From NCBI GenBank assembly GCA_002269645.1, contig NIVC01000012.1, forward strand, positions 1 through 64,000: 64,000 nucleotides of DNA, in the 5' to 3' direction. Within the stretch, counting starts at the first letter, position 1. Each line of letters starts with the position of its first letter. Below, piece after piece: positions 57,101-64,000 of this stretch. Source of the stretch: Macrostomum lignano (taxonomy: Eukaryota). The notes beneath the pieces were generated by a model. It was not told the DNA's origin. It did not search any database and saw nothing but the letters and a program-made list of their open reading frames with translations. A program made the position numbers and the translations under genes.

Positions 57101-60100
57101 TTCAAATTCAAGATAAACCGGCGATTTTTCAAATAGAAGATAAACCGGCGATTTTTCAAATTCAAGATAAACCGGCGATTTTTCAAATTCAAGATAAACC
57201 GGCGATTTTTCAAATTCAAGATAAACCGGCGATTTTTCAAATAGAAGATAAACCGGCGATTTTTCAAATTCAAGATAAACCGGCGATTTTTCAAATTAAA
57301 GATAAACCGGCGATTTTTCAAATAGAAGATAAACCGGCGATTTTTCAAATTCAAGATAAACCGGCGATTTTTCAAATTCAAGATAAACCGGCGATTTTCA
57401 AATAGAAGATAAACCGGCGATTTTTCAAATTCAAGATAAACCGGCGATTTTTCAAATTAAAGATAAACCGGCGATTTTTCAAATAGAAGATAAACCGGCG
57501 ATTTTTCAAATAGAAGATAAACCGGCGATTTTTCAAATAGAAGATAAACCGGCGATTTTTCAAATAGAAGATAAACCGGCGATTTTTCAAATTCAAGATA
57601 AACCGGCGATTTTTCAAATTCAAGATAAACCGGCGATTTTTCAAATAGAAGATAAACCGGCGATTTTTCAAATAGAAGATAAACCGGCGATTTTTCAAAT
57701 TCAAGATAAACCGGCGATTTTTCAAATAGAAGATAAACCGGCGATTTTTCAAATAGAAGATAAACCGGCGATTTTTCAAATAGAAGATAAACCGGCGATT
57801 TTTCAAATAGAAGATAAACCGGCGATTTTTCAAATTCAAGATAAACCGGCGATTTTTCAAATTCAAGATAAACCGGCGATTTTTCAAATTCAAGATAAAC
57901 CGGCGATTTTTCAAATTCAAGATAAACCGGCGATTTTTCAAATTCAAGATAAAATAGCGATTTTTCAAATAGAAGATAAACCGGCGATTTTTCAAATAGA
58001 AGATAAACCGGCGATTTTTCAAATAGAAGATAAACCGGCGATTTTTCAAATTCAAGATAAACCGGCGATTTTTCAAATAGAAGATAAACCGGCGATTTTT
58101 CAAATAGAAGATAAACCGGCGATTTTTCAAATTAAAGATAAACCGGCGATTTTTCAAATAGAAGATAAACCGGCGATTTTTCAAATTCAAGATAAACCGG
58201 CGATTTTTCAAATTCAAGATAAACCGGCGATTTTTCAAATTCAAGATAAACCGGCGATTTTTCAAATTCAAGATAAACCGGCGATTTTTCAAATTCAAGA
58301 TAAAATAGCGATTTTTCAAATAGAAGATAAACCGGCGATTTTTCAAATAGAAGATAAACCGGCGATTTTTCAAATAGAAGATAAACCGGCGATTTTTCAA
58401 ATTCAAGATAAACCGGCGATTTTTCAAATTCAAGATAAACCGGCGATTTTTCAAATAGAAGATAAACCGGCGATTTTTCAAATAGAAGATAAACCGGCGA
58501 TTTTTCAAATTCAAGATAAACCGGCGATTTTTCAAATAGAAGATAAACCGGCGATTTTTCAAATAGAAGATAAACCGGCGATTTTTCAAATAGAAGATAA
58601 ACCGGCGATTTTTCAAATAGAAGATAAACCGGCGATTTTTCAAATTCAAGATAAACCGGCGATTTTTCAAATTCAAGATAAACCGGCGATTTTTCAAATT
58701 CAAGATAAACCGGCGATTTTTCAAATTCAAGATAAAATAGGCGATTTTTCAAATAGAAGATAAACCGGCGATTTTTCAAATAGAAGATAAACCGGCGATT
58801 TTTCAAATAGAAGATAAACCGGCGATTTTTCAAATAGAAGATAAACCGGCGATTTTTCAAATAGAAGATAAACCGGCGATTTTTCAAATTCAAGATAAAC
58901 CGGCGATTTTTCAAATTCAAGATAAACCGGCGATTTTTCAAATTCAAGATAAACCGGCGATTTTTCAAATAAAGATAAACCGGCGATTTTTCAAATTCAA
59001 GATAAACCGGCGATTTTTCAAATTAAAGATAAACCGGCGATTTTTCAAATAGAAGATAAACCGGCGATTTTTCAAATTCAAGATAAACCGGCGATTTTTC
59101 AAATTCAAGATAAACCGGCGATTTTTCAAATAGAAGATAAACCGGCGATTTTTCAAATTCAAGATAAACCGGCGATTTTTCAAATTAAAGATAAACCGGC
59201 GATTTTTCAAATAGAAGATAAACCGGCGATTTTTCAAATAGAAGATAAACCGGCGATTTTTCAAATTCAAGATAAACCGGCGATTTTTCAAATTCAAAGA
59301 TAAACCGGCGATTTTTCAAATAGAAGATAAACCGGCGATTTTTCAAATTAAAGATAAACCGGCGATTTTTCAAATAGAAGATAAACCGGCGATTTTTCAA
59401 ATAGAAGATAAACCGGCGATTTTTCAAATAGAAGATAAACCGGCGATTTTTCAAATAGAAGATAAACCGGCGATTTTTCAAATTCAAGATAAACCGGCGA
59501 TTTTTCAAATAGAAGATAAACCGGCGATTTTTCAAATAGAAGATAAACCGGCGATTTTTCAAATAGAAGATAAACCGGCGATTTTTCAAATAGAAGATAA
59601 ACCGGCGATTTTTCAAATAGAAGATAAACCGGCGATTTTTCAAATAGAAGATAAACCGGCGATTTTTCAAATTCAAGATAAACCGGCGATTTTTCAAATA
59701 GAAGATAAACCGGCGATTTTTCAAATTCAAGATAAACCGGCGATTTTTCAAATTCAAGATAAAATAGCGATTTTTCAAATTCAAGATAAACCGGCGATTT
59801 TTCAAATTCAAGATAAAATAGCGATTTTTTATTTGAAGTTAAAATACGATTTTTTAAATCAAAGATAAAAAGCGATTTTTCAAATAGAAGATAAAATGGC
59901 GATTGTTTAAATTGTAGACTAAATGGCGATATAAAAAAACTGAAGATTAATTGGCAATTCTTTCGCGGTCAATAGCGCGGTACACATAGTCAGTTTCTAG
60001 ATTCCTGCAATCTGGTTCGCAGAAATTTTCTGTCCATCATCAGACGTACCAATACACTGCAGTCAATATCGTGTGCAGCAATCTTGTTCGCACATTAAGA

Positions 60101-62697
60101 AATCATTGTTGAGCCTAGCAATCAGTTTTCAAATCCTGTAAATAGGAGGATTAACAAAGAAGCGGGCAAAATCCTTCCGGGCGACGATGAGACGTCAGGC
60201 CGATTTCTCTACAGAGGAGCATCGGTATCCTTGCCTGCAACTTTGCAGGTGATGAGCTGCCTTCCAGCACTCATGGCGATGGTAGAGATAGACACAGGCG
60301 GCTTTCCGGGCAGGCAGTCTCTGGTGCAGAAGCTCCTTGACTTCAACGAGAGTTACGAATGGTTTCTCGGCGACTATTTGGAAGACTCGGGTCTTTCATT
60401 TCGGCGTCCAACTTTACATGCCTTCTTCCACCACACCTCAGCTTGGCAGTCCGAGCTTCTCGAACCCAGGTAGCGATGATCAGTTTTTGTCGTTCGGTTT
60501 CTACGGACTTGCTCAGCCAAATTAAATCACAGGAGTAAATTTTCAGAGCAAATTAAAGCAGTGACTATAGAGTAACAGCCATTTTGAGATGTGAGTTAAA
60601 TACGAGGGGAAGTCAAAAAGTAATAATAATTTATTTGTCACGAGTGTCAAACTTCAAATGGAAATCTACTTTTCTACATAGTCCCCCTCCAGGGTCAGAC
60701 GCTTCTCCATGCAGTGTCGCCATCTCTCCAGGCCGTTCACATAGAGCTCAGGAGGCTGTGCAACAAGCCACTGTACAGTAGCCTTTTTGGCAGCCTCTTT
60801 GTCCTCATTTTGGTCTCCTTTTGATTGCTTCCTTCAGCTTGGGAAGCAAAAAAAGTCCGAAGGAGCCAAACCAGGGCAATATGGAGGATGCTGGAGGATT
60901 TCCCAGCGGAAATCTTGCAGGGCTTCATGGCAGAGCCGAGAAGTGTGGGCTGGTGCATTGTCGTGGTGAAAGAGAATCCCAAGGTGCAGCTTGCCAGGTT
61001 GCTTTTTGGCCAGTTCGGTTCGGAGCTTTCGCAGAAGCGACGTATAATAGGTGGCATTGATGGTCTTCTGGCTTTCCAAGAAGTCCACCATCACCACTCC
61101 CTCAACATCCCAGAGAATCGTCGCCAAGACCTTCGCTGCAGACTGTTCCGCATGGAACTTCTTGGGGCCTGCTGAACCTCGTGGCAGCCACTCTTTGGAT
61201 TGGACTTTGGACTCGGGATTGTACTGAAATATCCATGTTTCATCCTCGGTCACTAAGCGCTGGTAACTGTTTTCTGAACCAGCGTCCAAGCGGTTCAGCA
61301 GGTTGATGGCACACTCAGTGTGCTGAACCCAGTGTTCAGGCCGCAACAGCCTCGGGACCCAGCAAGCACTCAGCTTGCTCAGACCAAGACAGTCCGTCAC
61401 AATGGAGTGAGCACTGCCATGAGCAATGCCAACTTTGTCAGCAATATTGTCTATGGTCACGCGCCGATCCAGCTCAATCACTGGCTGCACAGCTGCCACA
61501 TTTTCCCCTGTGCGCGATGTTGTGGGCCTTCCCGACCGCTGGGCGTCTTCCGTGGACTCTCGGCCTTCCTTAAAAGCCTGAATCCAGCAATAAATGGTTG
61601 GATCTGGTGGAGCAGTGTCCCCATAGACCTTCTTCAAAGCGTCAATGATTTCGGCTGGCTTCCAACCAAGCTATACAAGAAATGTCACATTAGTACGAGC
61701 TTCAATTTTTGAATTTTCCATTGCTGAAAGGGTATACTGTGATTAGAGTGTCACCATGCAGGCATCAATCACTTTAGAAGAACTAAAACTCTGTCAAATA
61801 AAGATCAAAAGATGTTTTTTTTCAAATGAAACCAGTTGCAGTTCAATAACTCTGATATTTTAGGCGTGACAGCAAAATTATCATTACTTTTTAACTTCCC
61901 CTCGTAGATCACAGAAAGCGCTAAGTCCATTGAATGCAACCCTATTTTGAGTACAACATGCCAGTAGTGGTAGTCGTTGAGTTTTAAAGGTATGAATGGT
62001 ATCATATAATAACTAAATTGATTGCTAGACTCAATAATGATTTCCACATGTGCGAATCAGATTGCAGGAATCTAGAAACTGACTATGTGTACCGCGCTAT
62101 TGACTGGGAAATGCTATAAAAAAGCGATTTTTAAAATTAAAGATAAAATGGCGATTTTTTAAACTGAAGATCAACCGGCCACTTCCTCTCACCTGTTAGC
62201 AGGAAGCACATCAGCGCAATGATAGCCGTGTAGCCAAAGAACAGGCAGGCAGACACGGCGCCGTCCACTGCCATTTTGGTTGCGTAATAGTGCACCGAGT
62301 ACAGCAGCAGGTAGATGGAGGTGGCACCACCAGTCAGGTACGCCCGCCACCACCACCTGTGATTCTCGGCGCAGAGCTGGAAATAGCAGAGCAATACGGC
62401 GGTCTCCGAGCACGTGATTAGCAAGATGAGAAAGGCCAGGAACAGGAAGCCGAACATGTAGAACACCTCCGTGCCCCAGATGGAGTTGAAGATCAGGTGC
62501 AGCTGGATGAAGATGCACCCGAATGGCAGGATGCCGCCGGCCAGGATGGATGGCGCGGTGCGCAGGAACAGCGACTGGCGGGGCACCTGCGGATTCACCA
62601 GGTTCACTTGTTAGTTAGTCAGTCAGTCAGTCAGTCAGTCAGTCAGTCAGTCAGTCAGTCAGTCAGTCAGTCAGTCAGTCAGTCAGTCAGTCAGTCA

Positions 62698-62730
<33 letters not shown>

Positions 62731-63964
62731 ACCACAGCAGGATTTGACCACAGCAGGATTTGCACCGACCTGTCTGGGAATTTGGTTGACCCGCACCGGC
62801 AGTTCAATAACTGACTTCTTGTAGCCAAAATAGGCCCCGGCAAAGCACAGCGGAACTGACACACAGAGCCACAGGGCTAGCAAGCCAACAATAGTGGCGA
62901 ATGGCACGGCCGCTGAGCTGCCCTTGGCCCACAGCATCAGGTTCAGGATGAAGAATACTCCGAACACCAGGCCCGGGCAGAGCAGGGCTGTCAGCAGCAC
63001 CTGCGGGTGGGGTGATGGCGATTCTTGATAGGGTTGTGGGGCGATTCCTGATGGGTTTGTGGGGCGATTCTTGATGGGGTTGTGGGGCGATTCCTGATGG
63101 GGTTGTGGGGCGATTCTTGATAGGGTTGTGGGGCGATTCCTGATGGGGTTGTGGGGCGATTCTTGATGGGGTTGTGGAGCGATTCCTGATGGGGTTGTGG
63201 GGCGATTCTTGATGGGGTTGTGGGGCGAATCCTGATGGGGTTATGGGGCGATTCCTGATGGGGTTGTGGGGCGATTCTTGATGGGGTTGTGGGGCGAATC
63301 CTGATGGGGTTATGGGGCGATTCCTGATGGGGTTGTGGGGCGATTCTTGATGGGGTTTGTGGGGCCATTTTTGGTAGGGTTGTGGGGCGATTCTTGGTAG
63401 GGCTGTGTGGCGATTCTCGATGGGGTTGTCGGGCGATTCTTGGTAGGGCTGTGTGGCGATTCTCGATGAGGTTGTCGGGCGATTCTTGGTAGGGCTGTGT
63501 GGCGATTCTCGATGAGGTTGTGGGGCGATTCTTGATGGGGTTAGGGGGCGATTTTTGATGGGGTTGTGGGGCGATTCTTGATGGGGTTGTGGGGCAATTC
63601 TTGATGCGGTTGTGCGGCGATTCTCGATGGGGTTGTGTGGCGATTCTCGATGGGGTTGTGGGGGGCGATTCTTGATGGGGTTGTGGGGCTATTTTTTGGG
63701 GTGAGGCCTTGGGCGATTTTCGGGGTGAGGCTGTGGGGCGATTCTCAATCCAACTGCACAAAACTCATACAAAAATTGTTCGCTCACCTGAGTCTTCCAA
63801 GCCACGCCCTGGAACCGCTTGTACAGCCGGGCGGACACGTAGCCAGCCGGGGAGCCCAGCAGGGGGTACAGCACCACAGCGCAGGTCATCAGGGCGCCGC
63901 GGTTGGCCGGGCTGAGAAATCCGAGACAGGCAAATGCCAGGGTGATCACCGACATGCAGGCCAC
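54105..63964 (-). CDS. TM9SF2: Transmembrane 9 superfamily member (TM9SF2-like), 3' exons; join(63964-63788,63000-62770,62586-62193,54172-54105); the gene continues beyond the window
   Basis: LGFLSPANRGAL; PVRVNQIPRQ; GGILPFGCIFIQL; YFQLCAENHRWWWR; terminal GSVSFFATFWFVRKIYSVVKVD*. GT-AG junctions in phase. Confidence 0.93.
54250..59930. repeat. 27-bp satellite array (~200 units, ~5.6 kb) in the last TM9SF2 intron
   Basis: AAGATAAACCGGCGATTTTTCAAAT(AG/TC/TA/TG). Degenerate units at both ends and again at 62110-62185. Confidence 0.97.
60603..61904 (-). mobile_element. Full-length-size mariner (Tc1/mariner DD34D), 1302 bp, TA TSD
   Basis: TA|CGAGGGGAAGTCAAAAGTAAT...ATTACTTTTTAACTTCCCCTCG|TA. 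The CGAGGGG-type TIR resembles irritans-subfamily mariners (recalled, not searched). Confidence 0.93.
60666..61721 (-). pseudogene. Mariner transposase pseudogene
   Basis: MENSKIEAR...; WVPRLL, TEDETW, HHDNAPAH, YCPGLAPSD, EGDYVEK*. In-frame TAG at 61671-61673 and frameshift(s) near 60820-60850. Confidence 0.92.
62193..62586 (-). CDS. TM9SF2: TM9SF2 penultimate exon
   Basis: VPRQSLF...CFLLT; donor GTGAGA, phase 1. Confidence 0.93.
62610..62723. repeat. (CAGT)n microsatellite in a TM9SF2 intron
   Basis: Directly visible. Confidence 0.95.
62770..63000 (-). CDS. TM9SF2: TM9SF2 internal exon
   Basis: VLLTALLCPG...VNQIPRQ. Confidence 0.92.
63010..63700. repeat. 23-bp G-rich minisatellite (GATGGGGTTGTGGGGCGATTC(C/T)T) in a TM9SF2 intron
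   Basis: Directly visible. Confidence 0.93.
63788..63964 (-). CDS. TM9SF2: TM9SF2 internal exon
   Basis: VACMSVITLAFACLGFLSPANRGA...WKTQ. Confidence 0.9.
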
Positions 63965-64000
63965 CTTGGGGCAAGTTTAGTAAATCATAGGTGAAATACA

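Larger units (their letters stand above)
59968..62104. mobile_element. Unclassified non-autonomous TIR element (~54-bp TIRs, ~0.83 kb without the nested mariner)
   Basis: GTCAATAGCGCGGTACACATAGTCAGTTTCTAGATTCCTGCAATCTGGTTCGCA at 59968 and its reverse complement (one mismatch) ending at 62104. Confidence 0.8.

Noticed and set aside
54301-59811. Very long ORFs (up to 1026 aa, LKNRRFI repeats)
   Set aside because: They are translations of a 27-bp satellite (a multiple of 3 with no stop in that frame) lying inside a TM9SF2 intron.

Overview
This is eukaryotic (invertebrate metazoan) genomic DNA, very rich in repeats. GC-rich exons separated by satellite-filled introns resemble the flatworm Macrostomum, but that is an inference only. 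Five spliced protein-coding genes can be rebuilt by hand from GT-AG junctions: an ankyrin-repeat/coiled-coil gene (+, 10077-13957, one -1 frameshift), core-binding factor beta (-, 15882-18891, polyQ tail), TMEM26 (-, 26735-42279), a divergent bestrophin (+, 46121-51150) and the 3' part of TM9SF2 (-, 54105-63964, continuing past the window). There is also a tRNA-His(GUG) gene. Mobile DNA includes the decayed 3' half of a Ty3/Gypsy element with PPT and LTR (1-4245), a second Gypsy RT relic, a Mutator-type MITE with a 9-bp TSD and a TA-flanked MITE. A near-full-length mariner is nested in an unclassified TIR element inside a 27-bp satellite. A 9.6-kb head-to-tail array of a non-autonomous Helentron/Helitron2-like element lies in TMEM26 intron 1 and carries a tRNA-derived Pol III cassette. 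Most long ORFs in the supplied track are artefacts of tandem repeats. The best leads are the rolling-circle-type array with its Pol III cassette, a bestrophin with a charge-reversed Ca2+ clasp, and a different satellite in 12 of the 16 introns.
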